From: an uncultured Spirochaetaceae bacterium
GTDB taxonomy: Bacteria > Myxococcota_A > UBA9160 > UBA4427
Length of the DNA: 64,000 nt
Assembly (NCBI GenBank): GCA_964435795.1
Contig: CAYTAT010000004.1
Coordinates: 28,955-92,954, forward strand
Direction of reading: 5' to 3'
Below, piece by piece: positions 44,583 to 54,780 of this stretch. Position 1 is the stretch's first letter, and the number at the start of each line of letters is the position of its first letter. Both the position numbers and the translations under genes were made by a program. The notes below the pieces were generated by a model. The model was not told the origin of the DNA. It did not search any database and saw only the letters and a program-made list of their open reading frames with translations.

Positions 44583-45575
44583 TCAGGGCTTTTCAGTTTT
44601 TCGGGCGAGTGCGCGGATGTGGTCGGGGGTCGTGCCACAGCAGCCACCGACCAATTGCGCCCCGGCTTCGAGCCATCTGAGCGCGTGGCTCGCGAAGTCC
44701 TCGGGCGAAGAATTTCTGTCGGGCAGGAAGTTCCCCTCATGGTTCGGCTGCCCGAGGTTGGCATAGACGCCGAAGGGCAGTTCAGTTCTTCTCAGAACTG
44801 CGATGCAATCCTCCACCTCGGCCAGGGGGAGGCAGTTGACGAGCACCGCATCGGCGCCCACGCGATGGATCTCGAGCGCGGCCTGCGCGAGCGTCTCCCC
44901 GGAAAGTAGCCGCGATCCCCGGCCGGCCACGAAGCTCACCAGAACGGGCAATCCCCCTTTCCGGGCTACCTCGCAGGCCAGCCTGGCTTCGCGAATCGTA
45001 TTCATGGTTTCGATCAGGATCAGGTCGACCCCCGCCCGCAGCAGATTTTCCACGTGGCGTTCGTGTTCCGCGTAGAGGACTTTGCTTCCCGGAACCCGAT
45101 CGGGTCTGTAACAGTCCTCGAGAGGTGGGGCAGAGCCCGCGATCCAGCAGGAGGTATGCGATTCCCGTGCGGCTCGGCGCGCCAACGTCACCGCGAGAGC
45201 AGTCAATTCCGCGTCGTGCAGGCCGAGGTCGCCATCTCCTGGATCCCGTCCCCGGCCGCCTCTTCGCAGGGTCCTACGCTGGGTTCGAAAGGTATTCGCG
45301 GTCAGGATCTCGGCGCCGGCCTCGAGGTAGTCGCGGTGAATCTCCAGGACACATTCGGGCGCATCGAGGAGTGCGTGGGAGGACCAGAGTGGCAGGCCCG
45401 CGGCCTGTCCTCGCCTCTCCAATTCGGTTCCGATCGCCCCATCGAGGATCAGGGGCGGCCCCCTCCGGAGTCTGCGCTTCAGCGGCCTCAACCCCGGCCG
45501 CGGGTCATCATCGGGATGCGGGTTCGGATTCACATGCCCCCCAGCGCGGAAGCCGACTGACCCCGGCTCCCGCAA
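44583..45575 (-). CDS. Homocysteine S-methyltransferase family protein
   Basis: LILDGAIGTELERRG, LWSSHALL, IHRDYLEAGAEILTANTF, GGCCGTTPDHI. Confidence 0.85.
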   Translation of the reverse strand: MREPGSVGFRAGGHVNPNPHPDDDPRPGLRPLKRRLRRGPPLILDGAIGTELERRGQAAGLPLWSSHALLDAPECVLEIHRDYLEAGAEILTANTFRTQRRTLRRGGRGRDPGDGDLGLHDAELTALAVTLARRAARESHTSCWIAGSAPPLEDCYRPDRVPGSKVLYAEHERHVENLLRAGVDLILIETMNTIREARLACEVARKGGLPVLVSFVAGRGSRLLSGETLAQAALEIHRVGADAVLVNCLPLAEVEDCIAVLRRTELPFGVYANLGQPNHEGNFLPDRNSSPEDFASHALRWLEAGAQLVGGCCGTTPDHIRALARKTEKP

Positions 45576-45592
45576 TCGCTATAGGTCTTGGA

Positions 45593-46423
45593 ATGCTACA
45601 TCCTCCGGCGCAATATTGGCCCCCCGTCGTCAAAGCGGGATTGGAAGCCAAGGAGCCCGTCACCCCCTCGCTTCTCGCCGGCGATGACGGGGGAGCCCAG
45701 AGTCGGCCGAGGAACTCCCCCTCCGCCGACTCGAGCACGGGGCTTCTTCCCACGCAACGCGAATTGGCGGTATTTTGCGATTTTGATGGAACCTTCGTGA
45801 GCGCCGACGTTGGCAGCAGTCTCGCGAGGAAGGAATTGTTCGAGAAGCGTTCGAGTTTGCAGCGGAGATATGAAGCGGGAGAACTCGACGCCTGGTCCTA
45901 TATCGTGGAGCTCTTCGACGGATTCGATTTTTCCGCCGCAGCATTGGAAGATCACCTGCTGGGGATCGAACTCGACCCCGGGGCGCGAAAGCTGCTTCGA
46001 TGGTGCCGGGCGAGAGGCGTGCCCTTTCGAATTCTATCCGATGGCTTCGACTACAACCTCGACCGGCTTCAGGCCATTCACCGGATTTCCTTCGAATATG
46101 CCTCCAACGCGCTGAGGTTCGAGGGCGACGTGTGGCGGATCAGTCCGGGTGCCCGGAATGCCGATTGCGGCTGCGGGACGGGACTCTGCAAGCGGATGTT
46201 CATTGAGCATCATCGGCGCCTGCATCTCCGGGCCCTCTGCGTTCATATCGGCGATGGAGAGGTCTCGGATCTCTGCGCCGCGGAGGCCGCAGACCTGGTA
46301 TTCGCGAAGGGCAGCCTCGCCCGCGCCCTCGCGAGGCGCGGGATTCCCTTCGAGGCCTTCGAGTCGCTCCTGGACGTGGTCGAGCGACTCGAGGGCCTCC
46401 TGGGGGGGGAGGGCGAAAATTGA
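45593..46423 (+). CDS. HAD-IB phosphatase, MtnX-like (tentative)
   Basis: FCDFDGTF (DxDGT), ILSDGFD, CGCGTGLCK, IGDGEVSD. Trimmed to ATG 45593. Confidence 0.6.
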   Translation: MLHPPAQYWPPVVKAGLEAKEPVTPSLLAGDDGGAQSRPRNSPSADSSTGLLPTQRELAVFCDFDGTFVSADVGSSLARKELFEKRSSLQRRYEAGELDAWSYIVELFDGFDFSAAALEDHLLGIELDPGARKLLRWCRARGVPFRILSDGFDYNLDRLQAIHRISFEYASNALRFEGDVWRISPGARNADCGCGTGLCKRMFIEHHRRLHLRALCVHIGDGEVSDLCAAEAADLVFAKGSLARALARRGIPFEAFESLLDVVERLEGLLGGEGEN

Positions 46424-46528
46424 ACCCATGGCCGGCCCGGGATCGGCTGCGCGAAGCTCCGTGAGAGCGCTCATCCTCGATTCGGGTTAAGGTCGCGGAT
46501 CGGATTTCGCTTGGAGCGCATTCAATCG

Positions 46529-47884
46529 ATGAAGGTCGTTGTGATCGGTGGAGGTCTGTCGGGTCTGGCGGCTGCCTGGCGACTTCGCGGGGCCGGCCAC
46601 GATCTCATCCTGCTCGAACGTCGAGACCGGGTGGGCGGCCAGGTCGGCACGAATCGGGCGGCTGAACTCGCTCTCGATCCCGCCCTGGAGGTCCTTCACT
46701 CCCGGGATCAGCACCTGCTCGCCTGGATCGACGAGTTGGGATTGAAGGAGCGACTGCGGCCGATCCAGATCGCCCAGGTCTATCGGCGTCGCCCGAGCCC
46801 CATCGATCCCCAGCGTTTGCAAGGGGTCGCGGCCATTCCCGGCCTGAAACGACGGGATGCGGCCAGGCTGCTGCGCTGGTCCAGATTGATGGCCCGCTAT
46901 GCGCCCCTGCTCGACCCCGGCGCCCCCGAGCGAGCGGCTTCCCTCGATTATCGGAGCGTATCGGATTTCGCGAATCTCTATTTCGGCTCGAGCGTCCTCT
47001 CGCGATGGATCGCACCCGAGGTGGAGAATGTCTTTTCGGGCGCGGCGACGAAGTTGTCCCGGGTGGCGAGCCTGCTGCTCTGGTGTGCCCGGCGGACGGG
47101 GCGGGGTGCCGCGGGGGTTCACGGCCTGGCGCGTGCAGGGCTCGATCCCCTGGTCGAAGCCGTCGCCAGGCAACTCTCGATCGAATACGGGGTTGCGGCC
47201 ACGGGGATTGCTCCCGCCGAGGGCGGAGGTTTCGAGGTTCTCTGCGAGGGCCTGTCCCAGGGCCGGGAATCCCTCGCGGCGGATGCAGTCCTGCTCACCT
47301 CCTCTTCCGCCGAGGCGGGAGAGGTGGCGGCGGCGGTGCTCACGCCCGCCGAAAGGGATTTCTTTTCGAGGGCCCGCAATCGGCCATTGACGACGCTCAG
47401 CCTGGGACTCGCACAGGCGCCCACGGGGTTGCCGCAATTGCTCAGGGTGCCCCATGCGGAGGGTCTGCCCATCGAAGCTGCGCTGCTCGAGCCGGGCGTA
47501 GCGGGGGGTCGGGTCGAACTCGGCGCCGGATTCATCACCATCAGGGCGAGCGAGAGTTTTTCCCGGGCCCATGCCCATGCGCCCGACGACGTGGTGGAGA
47601 AGAGTCTGCTGGCAGGCCTCGAGGAACTCTATCCGGGTGTCGGGGACGGCATTCGCGAGAGTCGCCTGCAGCGTCGCAGCGACGGAATTCCCTCTTTTGA
47701 CGTCGGCGCCTACCGGGCCCTGGCCAACTTCCGACACGTTCAGGCGGATCGCCGCGCCCTGGGTCGAAGACTCTACTACGCCGCCGATTACCTGATCGCC
47801 CCGAACGCCGAGGGCCGGGTCGTGGCCGGCGTGCGGGCGGCCGAGGATCTACTGGCCGACGCGGACGCATCCCGCTCCGGTTGA
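46529..47884 (+). CDS. FAD-dependent oxidoreductase (protoporphyrinogen-oxidase/amine-oxidase-like)
   Basis: MKVVVIGGGLSGLAAAWRLRGAGHDLILLERRDRVGGQV dinucleotide-binding motif. The length fits the family. Confidence 0.7.
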   Translation: MKVVVIGGGLSGLAAAWRLRGAGHDLILLERRDRVGGQVGTNRAAELALDPALEVLHSRDQHLLAWIDELGLKERLRPIQIAQVYRRRPSPIDPQRLQGVAAIPGLKRRDAARLLRWSRLMARYAPLLDPGAPERAASLDYRSVSDFANLYFGSSVLSRWIAPEVENVFSGAATKLSRVASLLLWCARRTGRGAAGVHGLARAGLDPLVEAVARQLSIEYGVAATGIAPAEGGGFEVLCEGLSQGRESLAADAVLLTSSSAEAGEVAAAVLTPAERDFFSRARNRPLTTLSLGLAQAPTGLPQLLRVPHAEGLPIEAALLEPGVAGGRVELGAGFITIRASESFSRAHAHAPDDVVEKSLLAGLEELYPGVGDGIRESRLQRRSDGIPSFDVGAYRALANFRHVQADRRALGRRLYYAADYLIAPNAEGRVVAGVRAAEDLLADADASRSG

Positions 47885-47902
47885 GATCTTCCGCCGCGGG
47901 GA

Positions 47903-50380
47903 TCAGTCAAAATCGGCGAGGGTTACTCCCTCGCCACCCTCATCCGGTGAGCCCGGCCGAAAATTCTCCACGTAGCTGGATTCTCGAAGGAATTGGCGGA
48001 CGGCCCTGCGCAGGGCGCCGCTGCCGATCCCGTGGATGATCCGGATTCCCTCGCGGGCATTCGAAGTGGCGCGGTCGAGGGCTTGCGAGAGTTCGCCGAG
48101 GGCTTCATCGACTCTCTGTCCCCTCAGATCGCAGGTCGCCACGCCCCCGCTCCATGCCTCGGATCCCGCTTCTTCCGAGACCCGCTCTACGCGGACCCGC
48201 TCGGTCTTGCGAGTTTCGGTCTTCGCGCCCCCTGAGGCCGCGCCGAGACCGACGGATTCGGCGGGTAGAATCAGCTTCTTGCCCCCGATTCGCACACCGA
48301 CCCGACCCCTGCGATCCGGCAGGCTTTCGAGTACCCCGGGGTTTCCCGAGGCGAGTTGGATCGGGTCGCCGGGCTGAATTCTCCTCCAATCCACCGCCCT
48401 GAGGTCCGGGGCCCGCGTCGGCGGCGTCGGAATTCCGGCATCGCCCTGCGCTTTCTTGGAGGCTTCCTTCAACTCCATCAGTTGTTCCCTCGCATGCGCC
48501 GCCTTGCGCGAGGATGGATCGCGTTGCAGGTCGCGAATCACGTTGGCCACTTCGCCGTGGGCGTGTTTGAAGGCGCGGTCGAGATCTTCTCGCATGGCGC
48601 GAAAGAGTTTGTCGCGCCGCGCCTGGAGGCGTTCGAGCTTGCCGCGGTACTCGTCCCTGGCCGCCTCGCCGAGGCTTCGCATTCTCGTCGCTTCCTGTTG
48701 CTCCCGGGCCAGGGCGGCTCGGCTCGTGGCCAGTTCGCTGAGCAATTTTTCCAGCTGCCGATCCTCCCTCTCGAGCAGCGCGTTGGCCCTTGCCAGGATC
48801 TTGCCCGGCATGCCCATACGCGCTGCGACGGCGGAAGCGGAGGATGCTCCCGGCAACCCGAGCTTGATCCGGTAGGTGGCGGCCAGGCTGACGGAATCGA
48901 ATTCCACGCTGGCATTCTGAAAGCGTGAATCGGTATTCGCCATCTCCTTGAGCAGGTTGTAATGGGTCGTCGTAATCACGAGTGCCCCACGAGAGGCCAG
49001 CTCTTCCAGGATCGACTGGGCGAGTGCGGCCCCCTCGCCCGGATCCGTTCCCACGCCGATCTCATCCAATACGACCAGGGAGTGTCGTCCCGCCCGGGTG
49101 ATGATCCGGGAAAGGTTTGCCATATGGGCCGAGAATGTGGAGAGACTCTCGGCGATGTCCTGGTGATCCCCGATTTCGGCGATCACGCTCTCCACCAGAT
49201 CGACCCGGGCCCCTTCTTCACAGGGGATATGCAGACCGGCTCTTGCGAAGAGAGCCGCCAGGGCGACGGCCTTCATGGCCACGGTCTTGCCGCCGGCATT
49301 GGGCCCCGAGAGCACCAGGACCTGGAAGTCCTCGCCCAATTCGAGATCGTTGGCCACGCATTCCGCGGCTTCGATCAGGGGATGCCGAAGCGCCGGAAGT
49401 CGAAAGACTCCGGATTCTTCCACTCGGGGTGAGTGAGCCTGCATGGTCTCGGAGAGCAGACCCCGCGCAAAGGCGAGATCGAGGCGGGCGAGGCTGGAAA
49501 GACCGATCTGAAGGCCCTCGGAGGCCCCGGAAACCCGCTGCGAGAGTTTGCGAAGGACGCGCAGGACTTCCCGTTCGCAGACGAGTTCGGTTTCCCGCAG
49601 GCGGTTGTTCAGTTCGACGCTGGTTTCGGGTTCGATGAAGAGGGTTGTGCCCGAGCGCGAAGCATCGTGAACGATACCCCGCACCCGACCCCTGGACCCC
49701 GCCTTGACGGGGAGCACGTAGCGATCATGGCGGAGCGTGTAGTAGTGATCCGAGAGATGGGGAGAGATTTCGGGATCGTGGAGCAGGCGCTCCAGGCGCT
49801 TCTGCAATTCCCCGCTGAGGCGAATCGCATCCCTGCGCGATTCCGCGAGCTCTGCGGAGGCTCGGTCGCGCACCTCTCCCGAATCGTCGATCGAGAATTC
49901 GATTTCATTCTCGAGTTCCCGATTGATCTCGATGCCCTCCCCGAGTTCGGCGAGTTGTGGGGCCCGCTCTGCGTGATTCGCCAGGAAGCTCGCCATCTCG
50001 CGAAGTGTTCGCAGCGTGGCCGCCACGTCGAGAAATTGTGATGTTTCGAGAATGCCGCCCTTGGCGGCTCGCACCAGGCTTTCTCGCAGATCGCGCGTGG
50101 AGGTCAGGGGAGGCAGGATCTCCTGATCGATCAGCGCTCGGGCCTCATCGGTTTCTGCCAGCCTCCTGCGAACTCCGGCGAGGCTCGTTTCGAAGAGGGG
50201 AGGGGGGTCGGATGGGAAGCCGCGCGTTCCGCTGGCTCTGGAATCCTCCTCTTCGACGCGAACCGCATTCTCGTCGAGCCATTCCCGGGCCAGGCCGGTG
50301 CGGCAATGCCCTCTCAAAAGCTCGACCACCCTGGTCCACTCCAGGGCTTCGAGGGTTTCGGGATCCACTTGAAAGGACAT
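47903..50380 (-). CDS. mutS2: Endonuclease MutS2 (Smr domain)
   Basis: Walker A LSGPNAGGKTV, LVVLDEIGVGTDP, C-terminal Smr IIHGIGSGALRRAVRQFL. Confidence 0.9.
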   Translation of the reverse strand: MSFQVDPETLEALEWTRVVELLRGHCRTGLAREWLDENAVRVEEEDSRASGTRGFPSDPPPLFETSLAGVRRRLAETDEARALIDQEILPPLTSTRDLRESLVRAAKGGILETSQFLDVAATLRTLREMASFLANHAERAPQLAELGEGIEINRELENEIEFSIDDSGEVRDRASAELAESRRDAIRLSGELQKRLERLLHDPEISPHLSDHYYTLRHDRYVLPVKAGSRGRVRGIVHDASRSGTTLFIEPETSVELNNRLRETELVCEREVLRVLRKLSQRVSGASEGLQIGLSSLARLDLAFARGLLSETMQAHSPRVEESGVFRLPALRHPLIEAAECVANDLELGEDFQVLVLSGPNAGGKTVAMKAVALAALFARAGLHIPCEEGARVDLVESVIAEIGDHQDIAESLSTFSAHMANLSRIITRAGRHSLVVLDEIGVGTDPGEGAALAQSILEELASRGALVITTTHYNLLKEMANTDSRFQNASVEFDSVSLAATYRIKLGLPGASSASAVAARMGMPGKILARANALLEREDRQLEKLLSELATSRAALAREQQEATRMRSLGEAARDEYRGKLERLQARRDKLFRAMREDLDRAFKHAHGEVANVIRDLQRDPSSRKAAHAREQLMELKEASKKAQGDAGIPTPPTRAPDLRAVDWRRIQPGDPIQLASGNPGVLESLPDRRGRVGVRIGGKKLILPAESVGLGAASGGAKTETRKTERVRVERVSEEAGSEAWSGGVATCDLRGQRVDEALGELSQALDRATSNAREGIRIIHGIGSGALRRAVRQFLRESSYVENFRPGSPDEGGEGVTLADFD

Positions 50381-50454
50381 ATTTCCCAGTGTAGCGGTCG
50401 CGGGGGCAATGCCTTGTTCTCAAATCTTCTCGGCCTTCGGCCGAAAGGGGATTC

Positions 50455-51288
50455 ATGGAAATTTCTTCCCCCGACCCCCCCACCGAAAGAAGTCTCGACC
50501 TGGCAAGAGATCTCGATCGACGCTCCCTGGGCGAGGTGCTGACACTTATCCATCAGCAGGATGGCCGCGCCCACGCCGCCGTGGGGCGTTGCCTGCCCGA
50601 GATGGAATTGGCCGCGAAGATTCTCGTGGCGGCCCTCGAGGCGGGGGGCCGATGGTTCAATCTCGGCGCGGGAACCAGTGGTCGCCTGGGGGTCCTCGAT
50701 GCCTCGGAGATTCCGCCCACCTACGGGCTCCAGCCCGAGATTGTCCAGGGATTGATCGCCGGCGGTGAAGTCGCTTTGCGTCATCCCGTCGAGGGGGCAG
50801 AGGACGACTCGCTCGCGGCGCTTCGGGAATTGAGGGCTCGGGATTTCGGTCGGGCAGACGTACTGGTGGGCATTTCGGCCAGCGGCCAGACTCCCTTTGC
50901 ATTGGCGGGCATGAAGTTCGCGCGCGAGATCGGCGCTCGTTCCATCGCGATCAGTTGCGATCCGAACTCGCCCCTGGCCCGCGCTGCAGACGTGGCCATC
51001 ACGCCGGAAGTGGGAGCCGAAGTCGTAGCGGGCTCGACGCGCATGAAGGGGGGGCTGGCACAGAAGATGGTGCTGACGGCGCTATCCACGGCGGTCATGA
51101 TCAAGTTGGGGAAGGTGCGTGGCAACCTGATGACCCACGTCACTCCCGTTTCGAAGAAGTTGCGGGGACGCGCGGAACGGATCGTGATGGAAATCGCGGG
51201 AGTGAATCGGATGCGCGCGCGCTCCTTGCTCCGGCGCAGTCGCGGCTGCGTGGAAGGGGCGCTGGAGTTGGCTTCGCATCGGAATTGA
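50455..51288 (+). CDS. murQ: N-acetylmuramic acid 6-phosphate etherase
   Basis: SIS domain GAGTSGRLGVLDASEIPPTYG, GISASGQTPF, GSTRMK. Confidence 0.85.
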   Translation: MEISSPDPPTERSLDLARDLDRRSLGEVLTLIHQQDGRAHAAVGRCLPEMELAAKILVAALEAGGRWFNLGAGTSGRLGVLDASEIPPTYGLQPEIVQGLIAGGEVALRHPVEGAEDDSLAALRELRARDFGRADVLVGISASGQTPFALAGMKFAREIGARSIAISCDPNSPLARAADVAITPEVGAEVVAGSTRMKGGLAQKMVLTALSTAVMIKLGKVRGNLMTHVTPVSKKLRGRAERIVMEIAGVNRMRARSLLRRSRGCVEGALELASHRN

Positions 51289-51326
51289 ATCGGCCGGATC
51301 CCTCTGCACCGCGATTCCTGTCTGCT

Positions 51327-52727
51327 TCAACTCGGCCACTCGTAGCGCAGGTGAAATGATTTGGGTCGCGTCAGAACTTCGTAGCCCAGGCGCGACAGGC
51401 TCTGGCCCCGGCCGGAGTCGCCTACCCCCGTCCAGGCGAGGGCGGGATCCAGGTAATCGCAGCGATTCAGGAAGACGGTGCCCGTCCTGATCTCACGGCC
51501 GATTTCGACGGCTCGCTCGAGATCTCCACTCCAGATGGAGGCCGTGAGGCCAAAGGGGCTGTCGTTCATCAGCCGAATCGCTTCCCCATCATCGGAAACC
51601 GGCATGATGCCCAGGACGGGTCCGAAACTCTCCTCCCGCATCACCCGCATCGAATGGTCGACATCGATCAGGATCTGGGGAGCCAGGTAGGCGCTGCCCT
51701 CCCGATTCAATTCGAAGCGATTCTCGTCGATCATCTTTCGGGCCCCCGAAGCGATGGCTTCCTCGACCTGTTCCCGAACCCAGTCCGCGGCGCCGCTGCG
51801 GACGAGCGGGCCGAGGGTCGTTTCCGGGTCGAGGGGATCGCCGAGCTGATATCGACCGACGAGTTCGCTGGCTGCCTCGACGAAGGCTTCGAATCGGTCC
51901 TGGTGTACGTAGACTCTTTCGACACCACAACAGGATTGCCCCGAATTGAAGAAGCCGCCGTCGACCACGCCCGCGACCGCGTAGTCGAGGTCCGCATCCC
52001 GTCGGATGTAGGCCGGATCCTTTCCTCCGAGTTCGAGTCCCGTGGCGATGAAGCCTTCTCCGGCGGCCCGCTGCACGGCATGCCCCCCCGAGACGGAGCC
52101 CGTGAAGGCCACGAAATCGATCCCTTTGCTCGCCACCAGACCCAGGGTGCCCTGGTGGGAGAGATGCAGGGCCTGCACGAGTCCGGCCGGGGCTCCGGCA
52201 TTCGTGAAGGCCTCGGCGATGCGCTCGGAGCATAGGGGGGTCTGGGAGGAGTGCTTCAGGAGCACGGCATTTCCCGCCATGAGTGCGGGCACGACGGTAT
52301 TCACCGCCGTGAGATAGGGGTAGTTCCAGGGAGCCACCACGAGCACCACTCCGAGGGCTTCGCGTTGAATGAAGCGCTCGAAGCCCCGCTTGGCCGGGGG
52401 GCGGATCTCCGCCAGCGCCCCGGGCGCGATCTCGATCATATGGCGCGCCCTTTCCTCGAAGCCGGCAATCTCGAAGGGAGAGTGGGCGATGGGCCGGCCC
52501 ATCTGATGCGTGATCTCCAGGGCGATCTCCTCGCCCCGGCCGACGAAGAGGTCGACGGCGCGCGCGGCCAGTTCCTGGCGCTCTTCGATGGGCAGCCGTC
52601 GCCACTCCCCGGCGGCCATCCGGGCCGCTCCCAGGGCGCTCTCGATTTCTCGCTCTCCGGCGAGGGGGCGTTCGGCGTAGATGCGGCCGTCTCCCGGCGA
52701 GATGCATTGCAGCGAAGTCATTGGCAC
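51327..52727 (-). CDS. Aldehyde dehydrogenase family protein
   Basis: VVAPWNYP, LELGGKDP, FFNSGQSCCGVER (catalytic Cys), EESFGPV. Confidence 0.85.
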   Translation of the reverse strand: MPMTSLQCISPGDGRIYAERPLAGEREIESALGAARMAAGEWRRLPIEERQELAARAVDLFVGRGEEIALEITHQMGRPIAHSPFEIAGFEERARHMIEIAPGALAEIRPPAKRGFERFIQREALGVVLVVAPWNYPYLTAVNTVVPALMAGNAVLLKHSSQTPLCSERIAEAFTNAGAPAGLVQALHLSHQGTLGLVASKGIDFVAFTGSVSGGHAVQRAAGEGFIATGLELGGKDPAYIRRDADLDYAVAGVVDGGFFNSGQSCCGVERVYVHQDRFEAFVEAASELVGRYQLGDPLDPETTLGPLVRSGAADWVREQVEEAIASGARKMIDENRFELNREGSAYLAPQILIDVDHSMRVMREESFGPVLGIMPVSDDGEAIRLMNDSPFGLTASIWSGDLERAVEIGREIRTGTVFLNRCDYLDPALAWTGVGDSGRGQSLSRLGYEVLTRPKSFHLRYEWPS

Positions 52728-52820
52728 TCCTCATTCCCGACGCCAGCCACGGACCCCGGGGTCCGTCTCCCGATGCGCTCAAGGCATTTCTCGCGGCCGA
52801 TACGGTTTCTTCGGCTCGCT

Positions 52821-53624
52821 TCAGACGCCAAAATGCCTGCGAATCAACTCGAGGCTGATCCAATCCGGAAGCAGGCGGCGCGCGAAGGGAACCAGGCGGG
52901 CGCTATCGCCCACGGTGTAGCGAACGCGCGGGCGTCGGGCCTCCAGGGCCCTCTCGATACAGCGGGCGACATCCTCGGGGGGCGGCGCCTTGGGGAGGGA
53001 TCTTCGAATCACGTCCTCACAGCTCTCCAGGGCCTCTGCATAGGCGGAGTCGGGCGGGGAAGTCTGCCAGTTCATGGCCGCGTTGAAGGGGGTATTCACA
53101 TCCCCCGGTTCGATCAGCGATACCCGCAGGCCAAAGGGCTCGACCTCGATTCGCAGGGCGCTCGCGAGCGCATCGATGGCCGCCTTGCTCGCCGAGTAGT
53201 GGGCCTGGAAGGGGATCGGAGCGCGGCCGGCCAGGGAACCGACCAGCAGGATTCGTCCCGAACGGCGGGCCCGCATGGAGGGCAGGGTGGCGGCCAATAG
53301 CCTGAGGACACCGAAGAAGTTGGTTTCGAATTGGGCCCGCGCGTCTTCGATGCCGACTTCTTCGACCGAGCCGTAGATTCCCATCCCCGCGTTGCAGACC
53401 AGGGCGTCGAGGCCGTCGGTCTGCTCGAGAACCGCTTCCACGGCACGTCGTACCGAGAGGTCGTCACAGACGTCCATCGAGAGCATCTGGATGCCCCCCG
53501 GCTGATCGCTCGGGGTGGGCTTGCGACTGGTGCCGAAGACCCGCCACTGCCCGGCGGCCAGGCGTCGCGCGGTGGCCTCCCCGATGCCCGAGGATGCACC
53601 GCTGATGAGAACGGATCGGCTCAT
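52821..53624 (-). CDS. SDR family oxidoreductase
   Basis: VLISGASSGIGEA, NAGMG, YSASKAA. Confidence 0.85.
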   Translation of the reverse strand: MSRSVLISGASSGIGEATARRLAAGQWRVFGTSRKPTPSDQPGGIQMLSMDVCDDLSVRRAVEAVLEQTDGLDALVCNAGMGIYGSVEEVGIEDARAQFETNFFGVLRLLAATLPSMRARRSGRILLVGSLAGRAPIPFQAHYSASKAAIDALASALRIEVEPFGLRVSLIEPGDVNTPFNAAMNWQTSPPDSAYAEALESCEDVIRRSLPKAPPPEDVARCIERALEARRPRVRYTVGDSARLVPFARRLLPDWISLELIRRHFGV

Positions 53625-53684
53625 GTCACCTCCCCGCTTCGATCCCCCCGCTTGCGCTGCCCGGCTGCTACGTCGTTCACATCT

Positions 53685-54452
53685 CTAGCCGCTGCCCACC
53701 AGGAGTCCGCCCTCTACGGGCAGGACGTGCCCGGTGACGAGATCTGAGCCCTCGATCAGGGCGAGGATCGCAGCGGCGACGTCGTCCGGGGTGCTCACCC
53801 GGCCCAGCGCCGTACGCGCCGCCATGGCGCTGCGAGCCGCCTCGTAGGCTTCCCCCAAGGCGCTTTTCAGCCAGTCGCCGTCGATGAATCCCGGAGCGAC
53901 GCCGTTGACTCGCACCTCGGGTCCCATGACCCGGGCCAGTGTCAGCGTCAGATTGTTCAGGGCCGCCTTGGAAGCGCAGTAGGGAATCGAGGTTCCCGTG
54001 CCGATCAGCCCCGCCACGCTCGATGTCATCACCACTTCCCCCCCCCCATCGGCTTTCAGCAGTTCGCGTGCGGCACGCGTGCATTGAAAGGGACCCCGTA
54101 GATTGACGCCGAGGATATTATGCCAATCCTCGTCGCTGACGGAATCCAGATCGGCATGGGGAATGAAGCGGGTCGTACCCGCGTTATTGATCAGGACGTC
54201 CAGGCGTCCGAAGCGACGCTCGGCTTCAGCCACCATGGCGCGGCAGGCGTCATCCTGCGAGACGTCGGCGCAAAATGCGATCGCATCGACTCCCGCCTCA
54301 TTCGCCAATTTCGCGACACTCTCGGCCGCCTCGCGGGAGCGGCTGTAGTTGACGAGAACCGAACAGCCCGCGGCGGCCAGCCGCAGGACGGCGGCGCGCC
54401 CCACGCCCGTTCCCCCACCGGTGACGATTGCTGCCTTGTCGTTGAGTTGCAT
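53685..54452 (-). CDS. SDR family oxidoreductase (FabG-like)
   Basis: AIVTGGGTGVGRA, NNAG, YCASKAA, PGFIDG. Confidence 0.85.
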   Translation of the reverse strand: MQLNDKAAIVTGGGTGVGRAAVLRLAAAGCSVLVNYSRSREAAESVAKLANEAGVDAIAFCADVSQDDACRAMVAEAERRFGRLDVLINNAGTTRFIPHADLDSVSDEDWHNILGVNLRGPFQCTRAARELLKADGGGEVVMTSSVAGLIGTGTSIPYCASKAALNNLTLTLARVMGPEVRVNGVAPGFIDGDWLKSALGEAYEAARSAMAARTALGRVSTPDDVAAAILALIEGSDLVTGHVLPVEGGLLVGSG

Positions 54453-54780
54453 ATCTCTTCCTCGCTGAAAATTCTCGCAGACCTGCTGAGCAGGCCTCCT
54501 CGAAGCCGATCTTCAAACTCTTCTTCCGCCCTTTTATAGACAATCCCACCCATGACCGACCAGTGTCGGGTTTTGGGGCGTGAGGGAGTCGATTTCCGCT
54601 CCCTCGGCCCGACATCGGGGCCGGCTGAACAACCATGCCCGCTGGCCGATCCTCGGCAGGGGGCTACCCTTGAAGATTCCCGCCGAAGGGCTCGTGGGGG
54701 CTCCGGGCACCCTCGCGAGTGCATATCGCACCCTCCCCAATCCCCCGCCATCCCTTCTTCGGGAATGGAGTCATTCCAGC